Below are positions 19,691 to 29,828 of a stretch of DNA of 64,000 bases, piece after piece. The DNA comes from Candidatus Krumholzibacteriota bacterium (lineage in GTDB: Bacteria; Krumholzibacteriota; Krumholzibacteriia; JAJRXK01), in assembly GCA_963727455.1 (NCBI GenBank), contig CAVSGG010000015.1, forward strand, positions 1 through 64,000, given 5' to 3'. The position numbers and the translations under genes were made by a program. The notes under the pieces are model-generated. The model searched no databases. It saw only the letters and a program-made list of their open reading frames with translations, and was not told the DNA's origin. The stretch's first letter is position 1, and each line of letters opens with the position of its first letter.

Positions 19691-22180
19691 CTATCCTACT
19701 ACGATGTTGACGAGTTTGTCAGGGACAACAATGACCTTCTTGACCTCTTTCCCCTCTAGCCACTGGGGAATTCGGCCGTGGGACCGGGACTTTGCTTGAA
19801 GTTCCTCGCGGCTGGTCCCCCGCTTCACTTCCATCTCGTCGCGCAGCTTGCCATTGACCTGGATCACTACCGTGACCACGTCACGCTCGAGCGCACGCTC
19901 GTCCCAGCTGGGCCATTTCTCATCGAAGACCGTGTGGTCGCCACCGAGCATCAGGAAGAGTTCCTCTCCCAGATGAGGGGCGAAGGGGGCCAACATCGCG
20001 ACCCAATCGAATACGATTTCTTTCGCTTCTGCGCCCCAGGAGTCAACCGCTTTGACTTGCGCATAAGCGTAGAGCGCGTTGGTGAATTCCATGTGACGCG
20101 AGAGCGCGGTGTTGAACTGAAAGCGATCCAAGTCCTGTGTCGCCAACTTGACCGATTGATGGCGCAGGTAACGCAGTTCTTCGAAGTCCTTGCCCTCGTC
20201 CTTTCCCTGCGCCTTCACGAGATCGGCGGCGTGGTCCTCGACAAAACGAAACACCCGGCTGAGATACTTGAACATTCCGTGGATGCCCTTGTCGTCCCAA
20301 TCGCCGCCACGCGTGTACTCGAATCCGAACATCAGGTAGGTGCGAAGCGTATCGCTGCCGTACCTTTCCAAGTACGCCTCCGGATTCACCACGTTGCCAC
20401 GGCTCTTACTCATGCGCGCGCCATCGTTCGTGATGACACCTTGGTGCACGAGTCTCTGGAAGGGTTCATCGAACTCGACTTCCGAAAGACGCTCCAGGGC
20501 CTTGGCGATGAAGCGGGCGTAGAGCAAATGCATCGCCGCGTGCTCTGCGCCGCCCACATACTGCGTCACCGGAACCCACTGTCGGACCAGCTCCCGGTCG
20601 AAGGGTGCATCGGAGAGGTGGGGGCTCAGATAGCGCAGGTAGTACCAGCTCGAGTCGACGAAGGTGTCCATGGTATCCACCTCGCGCTCGGCCTTAGCTC
20701 CACAGCGTGGGCAGCTCGTGTGCTTCCAGTGAGGATGTGCGGCAAGCGGGCTCTCCCCCGTCGGCTTGAATTCCACGTCTTCGGGAAGCTCCACTGGAAG
20801 ATCCGCCAGAGGCACCGGCACTTCACCGCAGGACGGACAATGCACGATCGGAATGGGTGCCCCCCAGTAACGCTGGCGACTGATCAACCAGTCTCGCAGA
20901 CGGTAGTTTACCGTGCCCTCGCCCTTCTTCTCCTTCTCGAGCCAGGCGATGACCTTCTCACGTGCCTGAGCGCCCTGTGCGCCATCGAAGCGGTCACTCC
21001 TGCACATCGGGCCATCCTCGGTCCAGGCGCCGTCGAGAGCTTCCTCGGCGTCCCCCGACTCTGAGAGAATGACGCGTCGGATCTCCAATCCGTAGGCACG
21101 GGCAAAGTCGAAGTCGCGCTCGTCGTGGGCGGGAACCGCCATGACCGCACCCGTCCCGTAGGTGGAGAGCACGTAGTCGGCAATCCATACCGGAATTTTC
21201 TCGCCGTTGACCGGATTGATTGCGAAAGCTCCGGAAAATACGCCCGTCTTTTGCCGAGCCAGACTGGTGCGGTCGATCTCGCTCAACTTCGCGGCTTCGC
21301 GCACGTATTCGGCCACCGCGCTTCGCTGAGCTTCTGAGGTGATCCGCTCGACCAGCGGATGCTCCGGCGCGAGCACCAGATATGTCACGCCGAACACGGT
21401 GTCGGGACGTGTCGTGAATACGCTGAGAGGCAGCCCGCCCTCGTCTGAGGCGGCTGAGCTTCCGCTGACGATTTGGAAGTGGATCAGCGCGCCTTCGCTT
21501 CTGCCGATCCAGTTGCGTTGCATCGCGACGGTCTTGTGCGGCCAGTCGATGCGATTGAGGCCATCCAGCAACTCATCGGCGAATTTCGTGATGGAGAAGA
21601 ACCACTGGGTGAGCTCTCGTTGACGCACTTCGTTGTCGCACCGCTCGCAGAGCCCGCCCGTCACTTGTTCGTTTGCGAGCACCGTCTGACAGTGATCGCA
21701 CCAGTTGACGGGCGCTTTTCCCCGGTAAGCGTAGCCGCCCTCATAGAGGCGAAGGAAGAGCCACTGCGTCCATTTGTAATACTCGGGAGTGTGGGTCTGT
21801 ATTTCGTACTTCCAGTCGTACATCGCGCCGAGCACTTTCAACTGCTCTTGCATGAACGCGATGTTTTCCTCCGTGTGAACTCTCGGATGTACGTTGCTCT
21901 TGATTGCGTAGTTTTCCGCCGGCAGACCGAAGGAATCAAAGCCCATCGGTTGAAAGACCTTGTCACCGCACATGCGTCGGTAGCGAGCCCAGGTGTCCGT
22001 AGGGCCATAGTTGAACCAATGGCCCAAATGCAGCTTGTTGCCCGAGGGGTAAGAGAACATGACGAGGCAATAGCAGTGCGGTCGGTCGTCCGACTCCTCC
22101 AGCTTGGAGGAGTGATTTCCTGACTCCTCCCACTGACGACGCCATTTGGCCTCGATTTCGTGCGGATGATAGCCCGCCAT
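19691..22180 (-). CDS. leuS: Leucine--tRNA ligase
   Basis: MFSYPSGNKLHLGH, FTTRPDT editing domain, DWLISRQRYWG and RMSKS. Confidence 0.97.
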   Translation of the reverse strand: MAGYHPHEIEAKWRRQWEESGNHSSKLEESDDRPHCYCLVMFSYPSGNKLHLGHWFNYGPTDTWARYRRMCGDKVFQPMGFDSFGLPAENYAIKSNVHPRVHTEENIAFMQEQLKVLGAMYDWKYEIQTHTPEYYKWTQWLFLRLYEGGYAYRGKAPVNWCDHCQTVLANEQVTGGLCERCDNEVRQRELTQWFFSITKFADELLDGLNRIDWPHKTVAMQRNWIGRSEGALIHFQIVSGSSAASDEGGLPLSVFTTRPDTVFGVTYLVLAPEHPLVERITSEAQRSAVAEYVREAAKLSEIDRTSLARQKTGVFSGAFAINPVNGEKIPVWIADYVLSTYGTGAVMAVPAHDERDFDFARAYGLEIRRVILSESGDAEEALDGAWTEDGPMCRSDRFDGAQGAQAREKVIAWLEKEKKGEGTVNYRLRDWLISRQRYWGAPIPIVHCPSCGEVPVPLADLPVELPEDVEFKPTGESPLAAHPHWKHTSCPRCGAKAEREVDTMDTFVDSSWYYLRYLSPHLSDAPFDRELVRQWVPVTQYVGGAEHAAMHLLYARFIAKALERLSEVEFDEPFQRLVHQGVITNDGARMSKSRGNVVNPEAYLERYGSDTLRTYLMFGFEYTRGGDWDDKGIHGMFKYLSRVFRFVEDHAADLVKAQGKDEGKDFEELRYLRHQSVKLATQDLDRFQFNTALSRHMEFTNALYAYAQVKAVDSWGAEAKEIVFDWVAMLAPFAPHLGEELFLMLGGDHTVFDEKWPSWDERALERDVVTVVIQVNGKLRDEMEVKRGTSREELQAKSRSHGRIPQWLEGKEVKKVIVVPDKLVNIVVG

Positions 22181-22493
22181 GACTTTTCTCGCTTCCGGCT
22201 CCGATGGGGTCTCCGAGGTCCCGGCGGCGTCCTTTGGGGACCCAAGTCGCGCCCGCTGCGTTCGGCCCTCGAAATTGCCTCGTGAAGTGATGAAATGTAG
22301 CGCATCGTCACCAGGGCGGCCAAAGGAAAAGGAATCGACGAATACGCGGACAGGGCCGTGCAGCGCTGCTTCGGCTGAGTCCTTGCATGGGAAAGCGAAG
22401 CAGACGACGATGGTGGCCGTTCGCCCGGCGCTACGATATCCTGCACCGCGGCGCCGCTCGTGGAGCTCATCGCCCATCGCGCTCGAGGTGTAC

Positions 22494-23384
22494 ATGGGGA
22501 CGACAATGAGATCAGATGCGCAGGACTTCGGTCTCGCACTCTCCGGCGGAACCGCAAAGGTTCTGGCCCACATCGGCGTCCTCTTGGCATTTGAGGAGGA
22601 GAATCTGCGGCCGCGCGTGCTCTCCGCCACCAGCGGTGGCAGCGTGATCGCGGTGGCCTACGCCGCGGGACTCTCTCCGCGGGAGCTAGCGGAGCGCGCG
22701 AAAGTCCTCAACTGGCGTAAGCTCGCGGCGGTGGGCCTGCCCCGACTCGGCCTGCTTTCCAGTAGACCCATCGAAGAGTTCGTGGTGGACCTGCTGGGCG
22801 ATATCCACTTCGAGGACCTCGACCCTCCGGTTCTCGTGGTCACCACCAATTTGTTGACGGGAGCAAAAACCGTCTTTCGTCAGGGACGCGTGGCGCCGGT
22901 CGTGCGTGCTTCGTGCAGCATTCCGCAGATCTTCGCACCGGTGGAAATCGACGGAGGTCTGTACACCGACGGCGGTGTCATCGAATACATGCCCATCGAG
23001 ACTCTGCTCACCGCACAGGCCGCCGTGAACGTCGGGGTCAACCTGGGGGCGTACCGGAACTACAGTCAGGCGCCCAAGAACCTGCTGGGCATGATGCTGC
23101 GAGTCACCAGTCTCGTCGCTTCCCGCAACGCCCGCGCATCGGGAAGGCTCGCGGATTTGGTGCTGCGACCGGATCTCTCACAATTCGGCGGATTCGATCT
23201 CGGTGCCGCGGAGGATATGATCGAGGTCGGTTACCACTGTGCGAAAGAGTCGGCTCCTCGCATCAAAGAACTCATCGAGGAACGCGGCAGTCTACTGGGA
23301 CGCGTCAAACGGAAGCTGAAAGGCGGGGTCGACCACAAGCTCGGCCCGGACCCTCTCAACGTACCAGAGTCACAGAGCGACTGA
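22494..23384 (+). CDS. Patatin-like phospholipase (RssA/NTE family)
   Basis: LALSGGTAKVLAHIG, ATSGG nucleophile elbow and DGG. Confidence 0.9.
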   Translation: MGTTMRSDAQDFGLALSGGTAKVLAHIGVLLAFEEENLRPRVLSATSGGSVIAVAYAAGLSPRELAERAKVLNWRKLAAVGLPRLGLLSSRPIEEFVVDLLGDIHFEDLDPPVLVVTTNLLTGAKTVFRQGRVAPVVRASCSIPQIFAPVEIDGGLYTDGGVIEYMPIETLLTAQAAVNVGVNLGAYRNYSQAPKNLLGMMLRVTSLVASRNARASGRLADLVLRPDLSQFGGFDLGAAEDMIEVGYHCAKESAPRIKELIEERGSLLGRVKRKLKGGVDHKLGPDPLNVPESQSD

Positions 23385-26300
23385 CGAGCTTCCCATTCAT
23401 TTCCGCCACGACACGATACACACCGCTGGCCAGACTGCTGCCGTCGTGATCTTTGGCCTCGAGCACCTCTTCGTGCATCACCCCCGCCTCTAGACGACAG
23501 CCCCAATCTTTCAGGCGCCGCCCTCTGGCATCCACCAAAAAGAGCCGCACCCAACCCGATTGCTGGCTGCTCAGCTGAAGCACCGTGCGCGGGTTGAAAG
23601 GATTGGGTAAGACGTGCAGCTCCAATGGGGCGCGCCGGGACGGTGTGGTGGCGGTGGCGAGCTTGGGCTGATCGCCACATTCGTAGCATGCCCGTCGCTT
23701 GGGACCGCCACGCGGGGTACTCCAGTAGTATTCGGGCGAGCTTGTGACTGCTCCCTCGTGCAAATAGACGCGAAAGCCCCGATCAACGAGCATCTCGGCG
23801 TATCCATCGCCGTTCAGATCACTGATGACGGGAGACAGCCTCCAGGCGATCGCAGGCAACTTCAAGGAAGTGTTCTCATCGATGGGATGCGAGCTGGCCA
23901 AGTCCCACTGCAGACGGGGGTCGACCATCCCCTGATGATAGGCCACGAGTCGACGCGTACTGCCATAGCGCAATTCGTTCAACTGTTGCGGCCCCTGCTC
24001 CCGCCACGAAAGCTGCAGAGTGAAGAAGAGCTCGGGCCCTCCCGAATCCACGATCTCTCCCACACACACCGGAGAGAGATCGCTTCTGAGCACCTCGAAG
24101 CTGGAGTCACGAAACACCGGGCCCGTCAGTTCGACCGCTTCGAAGGGAGTGTCCCGGCCCGCGAGGTCCACCTGGTGGACGCGGGTGAAGATCTTGCCGT
24201 CGCCTCCGGCCACCAACACCGCGCACAAGATCGCGAGCTCGTCATTCTCCGTGCGCGAGACGACGGGGTCGGAGAGAGTCACCACGGAACCCTCCTCGGA
24301 GAGCTGGGCGGGAAACCCGGCAAGCGCGGATCCGTTGCGCGAGATCCCCAGGATTCTGGCACTGCCGTCAGCCCGGCGCTCGCCGAGGAAAACAATGGGT
24401 TCGGCCCCTCCCCCGAAGATCACGGGAGGGCTGAGCTCCGCGGAGGGATCCTCCACCACGGGCCATCCGTTCAGAGGACTCCCGTCCATGGTCCGAACAT
24501 GGATCGTCGAGCCCACGCTGATGACGACCTCGTCGCTCCCATCGCCGTTCAGATCCCCCAGGGCGAGAGCTCCTTTGCTCGCCCCACCCAGGAGCCAGCG
24601 ACCCACGATTCCCCCCTGCGGATCGAGGATGGCCGCCCCCTCGGTGGTCCCCACCACGATCCGCGACTGCGCGCCGCTTCCCCATAGCGAGGGGGCACTC
24701 AAGGGGAGAGCTGGCGTGACTTCGGCTTGCGCGGTGAAATCGCCCGCGAGGCTCACCGCATAGACCGACCCGAATTGTGATCCCATCACAATCTGCGGCC
24801 CGGCTCCCAAATCCGAGATTGCGGCTCCGGTCAGCTGTCCCGAACGCGTCGAGGCCGTGAAAAAATCGCGCGGGAAGGGCGGGCGTGGCCGCCCATTGGC
24901 GGAGTTCATCGAAATCAAATGACCGGTGTCGAGAATCGCGACGTTGTAGGTCAGAAAGATCTCTTCGGCTCCGTCGCCGTCGGCGTCGTAAGGCATCGGT
25001 CGACTCGCCGCCTGGTCCGAGAGCAGAATCGGCCAGGCCGTGTCACCGAGAAAATTCACGATGGATTTCAGTCGACCCTGACCTTCCCCCGAGATGCGTT
25101 TAACGACCAACAGATAATTGGATGTCGAAAGTCCGTTCAAAACCAGATTCTCGAGTACTCCAAGTCCCGGGGTACAGGAGCTGGCGACGAGCACGTATCC
25201 GTCGGAATCCTCGCGGTAAACCAAAAGATCGAAATCGGCTGAGCTGGGGACCGTGAGCTCCATGCGGACATCGTCCGCTGCCGTCAGTGGCATGCGCGCG
25301 GACCAGATCGCCGACGAGTTCACGGGTGAACCCAGAACGAAGCTCAGCTCTTCGCCGGGCCAGAACGATCTTCTCACTGCGTTGACTGCCGCATCGACCT
25401 GGAGCAGTCCGAAGCCCTCGATGGGATCGTGCCCCCCTCGATCCAGTGGAGGCGTGGCCGCCGCCCCGGGCTCCGCGGCTCCCGTTTCCACCGCAGTGGC
25501 TCGGAGAAGCTCCTGAAGCCACTGGGTCTGTGATCGCTCGTAACGCCACGGCCGGCCACTTTCGCGCAGAGCCTGCGAGATCAAACTGACGGCTCCCGCC
25601 ACGTGAGCCGCTGCGATGCTCGTGCCAACGCGACCGCGATACGTGTCGTCCGGCTCGTTGTCGTCGCACACGATGGGACCGGTCAGAGGATCACTTCCTC
25701 CTCCGGGCGCTACCAAATCGGGACGAAGATTGATCGAAGAGCCGGGGGTGTTGTACGCAGCCACTTTTCCGTCGGCATCGGTGGCCGCCACACAAATCAC
25801 TCCGTCCAGCCGGGCTGGCCAACCCATGCTCCCGTTGCGATCGTTCCCGGCCGGAGCGATCACCGCCACCCCCGCGTCGAGAAGTGCGTTCACCGCGTCG
25901 GAAATCCCCAAGTCCTCATCCCATACCGCGCCGATCAAACAGGCGTGGATATGGTGCGTCTGAACGTGATCCAGGACCCACTGGATCCCGAGAAGTAGAT
26001 CGCTGGCCCACACTTCCCAGCGTCCCTCGAAGTTGTAGGTCTTGACCACCACGAAGCGCCCGGCCGGTGCGACGCCCCGGTGCTCATCCGCGTTGCGCCC
26101 CGAAGAGAAGGCCGCGCTGGCCAAGGCCGTTCCGTGGTAATGATAATCGTAGGGCCCGTCCGAACCGCTCACGTCGTTGGTGACGTCGTGCCACCCTACG
26201 ATGCGGATACGTGTGTCCGCACTGATCCCGCCGGAGGCGTCGCTCCAGTCGTTTGCATCGCCGGCGTGGAGCGGCGGGTCGTCTATGTTGTCGTAGCTCA

Positions 26301-26778
26301 GATCTCCCAGGTTGTCGTCGGCCGCGTCGCAGCCGCTGTCCAGGATGGCCACGGTGGAACCCATGTCCCCGTGGAGATCGAGCTGGTCCCACACCCGGGG
26401 GCGCACGCCCACCAGGGCGGTCGTGCGCGACAGCGCGGGAGTCCCACTGCGATCGCGCACCAGAGTGCCCATTGGACCCCAACGGGCCTCCACGGATTGC
26501 AGGCTGTCGAAGTCCGCCTCGAGAATCCACTGCCCGGAGAGCCCCGAGAGCTTTCCCTTCAATTCGACGCTGCTGGACTGCTTCAGGCGCGCATCCGCCA
26601 GTACGGGGTCGGAGGGAGAGAAGAACCAGCGCACGCGCAAGGGAGTCGCGGACTTGGCATCCTGACTGGGCCAGGCTCCCCGGTCCGCGTCGGGAGGACG
26701 ATCCGCGGCCTGCGCGACACTCTCCAAGAGAGTGAGTCCGGCAAGCACGAGCACCAAGCTGAACGTAGAACTCTTCAT
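23356..26778 (-). CDS. Secreted S8 subtilisin-like peptidase with FG-GAP/VCBS-like repeats and a PNPFNP (FlgD-Ig/T9SS-like) C-terminal domain
   Basis: Catalytic triad ILDSG, HGT, GTSIAA; oxyanion AGN; DLNGDG repeats; PNPFNPRT...LASGVY. Confidence 0.88.
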   Translation of the reverse strand: MKSSTFSLVLVLAGLTLLESVAQAADRPPDADRGAWPSQDAKSATPLRVRWFFSPSDPVLADARLKQSSSVELKGKLSGLSGQWILEADFDSLQSVEARWGPMGTLVRDRSGTPALSRTTALVGVRPRVWDQLDLHGDMGSTVAILDSGCDAADDNLGDLSYDNIDDPPLHAGDANDWSDASGGISADTRIRIVGWHDVTNDVSGSDGPYDYHYHGTALASAAFSSGRNADEHRGVAPAGRFVVVKTYNFEGRWEVWASDLLLGIQWVLDHVQTHHIHACLIGAVWDEDLGISDAVNALLDAGVAVIAPAGNDRNGSMGWPARLDGVICVAATDADGKVAAYNTPGSSINLRPDLVAPGGGSDPLTGPIVCDDNEPDDTYRGRVGTSIAAAHVAGAVSLISQALRESGRPWRYERSQTQWLQELLRATAVETGAAEPGAAATPPLDRGGHDPIEGFGLLQVDAAVNAVRRSFWPGEELSFVLGSPVNSSAIWSARMPLTAADDVRMELTVPSSADFDLLVYREDSDGYVLVASSCTPGLGVLENLVLNGLSTSNYLLVVKRISGEGQGRLKSIVNFLGDTAWPILLSDQAASRPMPYDADGDGAEEIFLTYNVAILDTGHLISMNSANGRPRPPFPRDFFTASTRSGQLTGAAISDLGAGPQIVMGSQFGSVYAVSLAGDFTAQAEVTPALPLSAPSLWGSGAQSRIVVGTTEGAAILDPQGGIVGRWLLGGASKGALALGDLNGDGSDEVVISVGSTIHVRTMDGSPLNGWPVVEDPSAELSPPVIFGGGAEPIVFLGERRADGSARILGISRNGSALAGFPAQLSEEGSVVTLSDPVVSRTENDELAILCAVLVAGGDGKIFTRVHQVDLAGRDTPFEAVELTGPVFRDSSFEVLRSDLSPVCVGEIVDSGGPELFFTLQLSWREQGPQQLNELRYGSTRRLVAYHQGMVDPRLQWDLASSHPIDENTSLKLPAIAWRLSPVISDLNGDGYAEMLVDRGFRVYLHEGAVTSSPEYYWSTPRGGPKRRACYECGDQPKLATATTPSRRAPLELHVLPNPFNPRTVLQLSSQQSGWVRLFLVDARGRRLKDWGCRLEAGVMHEEVLEAKDHDGSSLASGVYRVVAEMNGKLVSRSVTLVR

Positions 26779-26851
26779 GGTCACCGCTGGATCAAAGGGT
26801 GGCACCGATCCTCTATAAGCTACCCCCTGGAGCTTGGAAAGAGCAACGGGG

Positions 26852-27226
26852 TCAAATCTGGACCCCACGAAGATGCCTGAGTTGGCAGCCTAGCCCCTCG
26901 AGATCGATTGCGACCACGTCGAAACGGATCTGACGTCCCGGCCAGCGAAGGTCCTCTCTGTGGCGTAGAAGATGACGTGCGCAGCGGCGAAGACGCGCCC
27001 GTTTGCCCGGACCGATCGAAGCCGCCGCAGTGCTCCAGGACCGCGCGCCGCGGAGACGCACCTCCACGAACACGAGCGTTTCGTCATCGCGGGCCAAAAG
27101 ATCGATCTCTCCGTCCGCACCTCTCCGATTGGCATCCAAAATCGACAAACCGCGCAGGCGCAGGTAGAGAGCCGCCATCTCCTGGGCAAGCGCTCCCCGG
27201 GTGACGGCTTTCTGGTGGCCTCTCAT
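26852..27226 (-). CDS. yraN: YraN family protein (UPF0102)
   Basis: GEIDLLA...LVFVEVR and RFDVVAI; follows rnhB. Confidence 0.88.
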   Translation of the reverse strand: MRGHQKAVTRGALAQEMAALYLRLRGLSILDANRRGADGEIDLLARDDETLVFVEVRLRGARSWSTAAASIGPGKRARLRRCARHLLRHREDLRWPGRQIRFDVVAIDLEGLGCQLRHLRGVQI

Positions 27227-27302
27227 GAGTAGCTCCAGTGGGAGGACGCGCGACGGAGGCTGCGTTCGAGTTCGAGCCGTTCCCCTGCGCTTGCAGGTGG
27301 AG

Positions 27303-27941
27303 TCAGCTGGTTCCTCTGAGCTTCTCTTGCAGGGTGGCGCGGACGGGAGCGAAACTGCGGCGATGGAGAGGACAGGGGCCTTGCGCAAGGAGGGCCTGCC
27401 GATGCTGGGCCGTGGGATAACCCACGTGGCGATCGAAACCATAGGCGGGGTAGCGCCGATGCCAGCTGCGCATGATGCGATCGCGCAGCACCTTGGCCAC
27501 GATACTCGCTGCCGCGACGCAGAGGCTTCTCCCGTCGCCCTTGACCAGGGAGATCGCGGAGGGAGGCACGTTCGGGGGCAATCGGTTGCCGTCGATCAGG
27601 ATGAGGTCCGGTGCGGGATCGAGCCGCCGAATGGCCCGTTCCATTCCCAAGAGTGAGGCCATGAGCACGTTGTACTGGTCGACTTCCGCGGCGGAGACCA
27701 CGGCGGCGCTCCATTGGGTACAGCCCTGCAGGATGCGCACGAACGCGCGCTCGCGGGCGGTTGCGCTCAAACGCTTGGAATCATCGACACCCGGAATGTC
27801 CAGTCCGAAGGGGAGTACGACCGCGGAGACCACCACCGGACCGGCCAAGCACCCCCGACCCACTTCGTCGACACCGGCCAAACGACGCGTGCCCGTGCTC
27901 TTTGAGAGCCTTCGATCGAAGCGGCTGAGTCTAGAACTCAA
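27303..27941 (-). CDS. rnhB: Ribonuclease HII
   Basis: GVDEVGRGCLAGPV, DSKRL, IDGN and AAASIVAKV. Confidence 0.95.
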   Translation of the reverse strand: MSSRLSRFDRRLSKSTGTRRLAGVDEVGRGCLAGPVVVSAVVLPFGLDIPGVDDSKRLSATARERAFVRILQGCTQWSAAVVSAAEVDQYNVLMASLLGMERAIRRLDPAPDLILIDGNRLPPNVPPSAISLVKGDGRSLCVAAASIVAKVLRDRIMRSWHRRYPAYGFDRHVGYPTAQHRQALLAQGPCPLHRRSFAPVRATLQEKLRGTS

Positions 27942-28312
27942 TTCTCCGCCTGGTCCGCGTCCTTCTTGTAATTGCGCTTCTCTGCGATGCGAGCGGACTT
28001 CCCGATGCGGCTCTTCAGGTAATTCAGCTTCGACCGCCGCACCTGACCCCGCTTCAGCAGCTCGATCTTCTGCACGCTCGGGCTGTGCAGAGGAAACACG
28101 CGCTCGACAGGAATGCCCGAACTTACCTTCCGAATGGTGAAGCTCTGCTCGATTCCCGTGCCGCTCTTGGCCAAGACGATCCCCTGGAAGATCTGTGTGC
28201 GCGTCTTCTGCCCCTCTTGCACGCGAACGTGGACTTTCAGAGTGTCTCCCACTGAGAAGGAGGGAATCTCGGTATTGAGACCCTGCCTACGAATGGCGTC
28301 CATGATGTTCAC
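27938..28312 (-). CDS. rplS: 50S ribosomal protein L19
   Basis: FSVGDTLKV, FTIRKVSSGIPVERVFPLHSP and VRRSKLNYL. Confidence 0.97.
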   Translation of the reverse strand: MNIMDAIRRQGLNTEIPSFSVGDTLKVHVRVQEGQKTRTQIFQGIVLAKSGTGIEQSFTIRKVSSGIPVERVFPLHSPSVQKIELLKRGQVRRSKLNYLKSRIGKSARIAEKRNYKKDADQAEN

Positions 28313-28327
28313 TTTCCTAACCTCCTG

Positions 28328-29026
28328 CTATCCGGACTCGTCCTTGCGCTCGTCCAGAAGATCCGGGCGTCTCGCCTTGGTTCGCGCGAGACTGCTTTGC
28401 TTGCGCCATCGTTCGATGGCGGCGTGATCGCCCGAAAGCAGAACTTCCGGAACTTTCAAACCTCGATACTCGGGCGGCCTGGTGTAGCTTGCCGCGTCGA
28501 GAAGGCCCTCGCGCCCGCGGCTGAACGAATCTCCATCCGCGGAATCCATATCACCGAGGGCGCCGGGAATCCTGCGGATTACAGCGTCCACCACCGCCAG
28601 CGCCGCCAGCTCTCCCCCGGAGAGAACAAAATCGCCCAGCGAGAGCTCTTGTGCGTCCAAGAGTTCCACGATGCGCTCGTCGAAACCCTTGTACCTGCCG
28701 CACACCAGAACGAGTTGGTCCTCTTCGGTGAACTCCTGGGCCAACTCCTGGGTGAAGGTGGGACCCGTGGGGCTCATCAAGACCACTCTCGCATTGTTGC
28801 GCCGCACCGACTCCACGGCCATGACCAGAGGAGGTGCGCGCAAAATCATCCCCGGCCCACCGCCGTAAGGCGGCCCGTCCACTATCCCGTGCCGATCCTC
28901 GCAAAACTGCCGCGGATCGGTCACCACCACCTCCACCAGCTGTGCCTCGATAGCCCTTCCCACTACGCCTGCGCCGAGGACGGACTGGCACATCTGTGGA
29001 AACAGACTGACGAGATCGATTCGCAC
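28328..29026 (-). CDS. trmD: tRNA (guanine-N1)-methyltransferase
   Basis: PYGGGPGM, CGRYKGFDER, SLGDFVLSGGE and YTRP. Confidence 0.96.
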   Translation of the reverse strand: MRIDLVSLFPQMCQSVLGAGVVGRAIEAQLVEVVVTDPRQFCEDRHGIVDGPPYGGGPGMILRAPPLVMAVESVRRNNARVVLMSPTGPTFTQELAQEFTEEDQLVLVCGRYKGFDERIVELLDAQELSLGDFVLSGGELAALAVVDAVIRRIPGALGDMDSADGDSFSRGREGLLDAASYTRPPEYRGLKVPEVLLSGDHAAIERWRKQSSLARTKARRPDLLDERKDESG

Positions 29027-29050
29027 GGCCGGCCCTTTCGGGGAGAGGCC

Positions 29051-29578
29051 TCACTCGTCCTCTTCACTCAAGAGACCCGGCATGGCCTCGATGACGAGAC
29101 GTCCTCCCTCGCGATCCAAAGTCTTCACCACCGGCGGAATGACCGGGATGAGATGTTCGCGGCCTCCTTCGCCTCGAACCTGCAACACGAGATTGGCGGG
29201 CAGCACCATCACGCCTTCCACCTTGCCCACGACTTCGCCTCCCGCCAATTCCACGCGCAGACCGTGGTAGACGAACGGATGAGGCTCCGCGGGCCTGGGA
29301 AAATCGGGGCGGTCGTAATCCTCCGCCAAAAACCCGATGCACTCTCCCACCAGCGCTTCCGCGTCCTCGCGATCCTCCACTCCACGGAACTTGATCACCA
29401 GGCTCTCGCCCTGAACGCGCGCGCGCTCGACGGCAATCACCCGGGGGGGATCCTGTCCCCGACGGCGACGCAGATAGGGACTCCTCATGACCGAAGCGAG
29501 ATAATCCCCGTCGGGAAGAAACTTCAGCTCTCCCCGCAGTCCCACCGCGCGCACCAGCTCTCCCATGCTCACGAACAT
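29051..29578 (-). CDS. rimM: Ribosome maturation factor RimM
   Basis: GLRGELK, DREDAEALVG and PRC barrel LIP; conserved synteny. Confidence 0.92.
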   Translation of the reverse strand: MFVSMGELVRAVGLRGELKFLPDGDYLASVMRSPYLRRRRGQDPPRVIAVERARVQGESLVIKFRGVEDREDAEALVGECIGFLAEDYDRPDFPRPAEPHPFVYHGLRVELAGGEVVGKVEGVMVLPANLVLQVRGEGGREHLIPVIPPVVKTLDREGGRLVIEAMPGLLSEEDE

Positions 29579-29597
29579 CGCTTCCACCTGCGGGCGC

Positions 29598-29828
29598 TCA
29601 ATCGACGATGTCGATCTCCACGCGCACGCCCTTGCGGCGCGCGACGCCCGATGCCAGGGTCCTGAGGGCCGAGGCGGTGGCTCCGTGCCGACCGATGACC
29701 CGGCCGCGATCCTCCTCGTCGACCCGAACCTGGAATTGATGCACATGGCCGGCGTGGTTTTCCACGACCTCGACCTTCTCGGGATGGGAGACCATCCCCT
29801 TGACCATGGTCTCAACGAGATTTCTCAC
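29598..29828 (-). CDS. khpA: KH-domain RNA-binding protein
   Basis: DRGRVIGRHGATA; lies between rpsP and rimM. Confidence 0.92.
   Translation of the reverse strand: MRNLVETMVKGMVSHPEKVEVVENHAGHVHQFQVRVDEEDRGRVIGRHGATASALRTLASGVARRKGVRVEIDIVD

Noticed and set aside
22181-22493. T-box or other leader upstream of leuS, and the 150-aa N-terminal extension in the ORF track
   Set aside because: No T-box consensus (GGTGGnACC) or terminator seen; LeuS homology starts at MAGYHP (22180)
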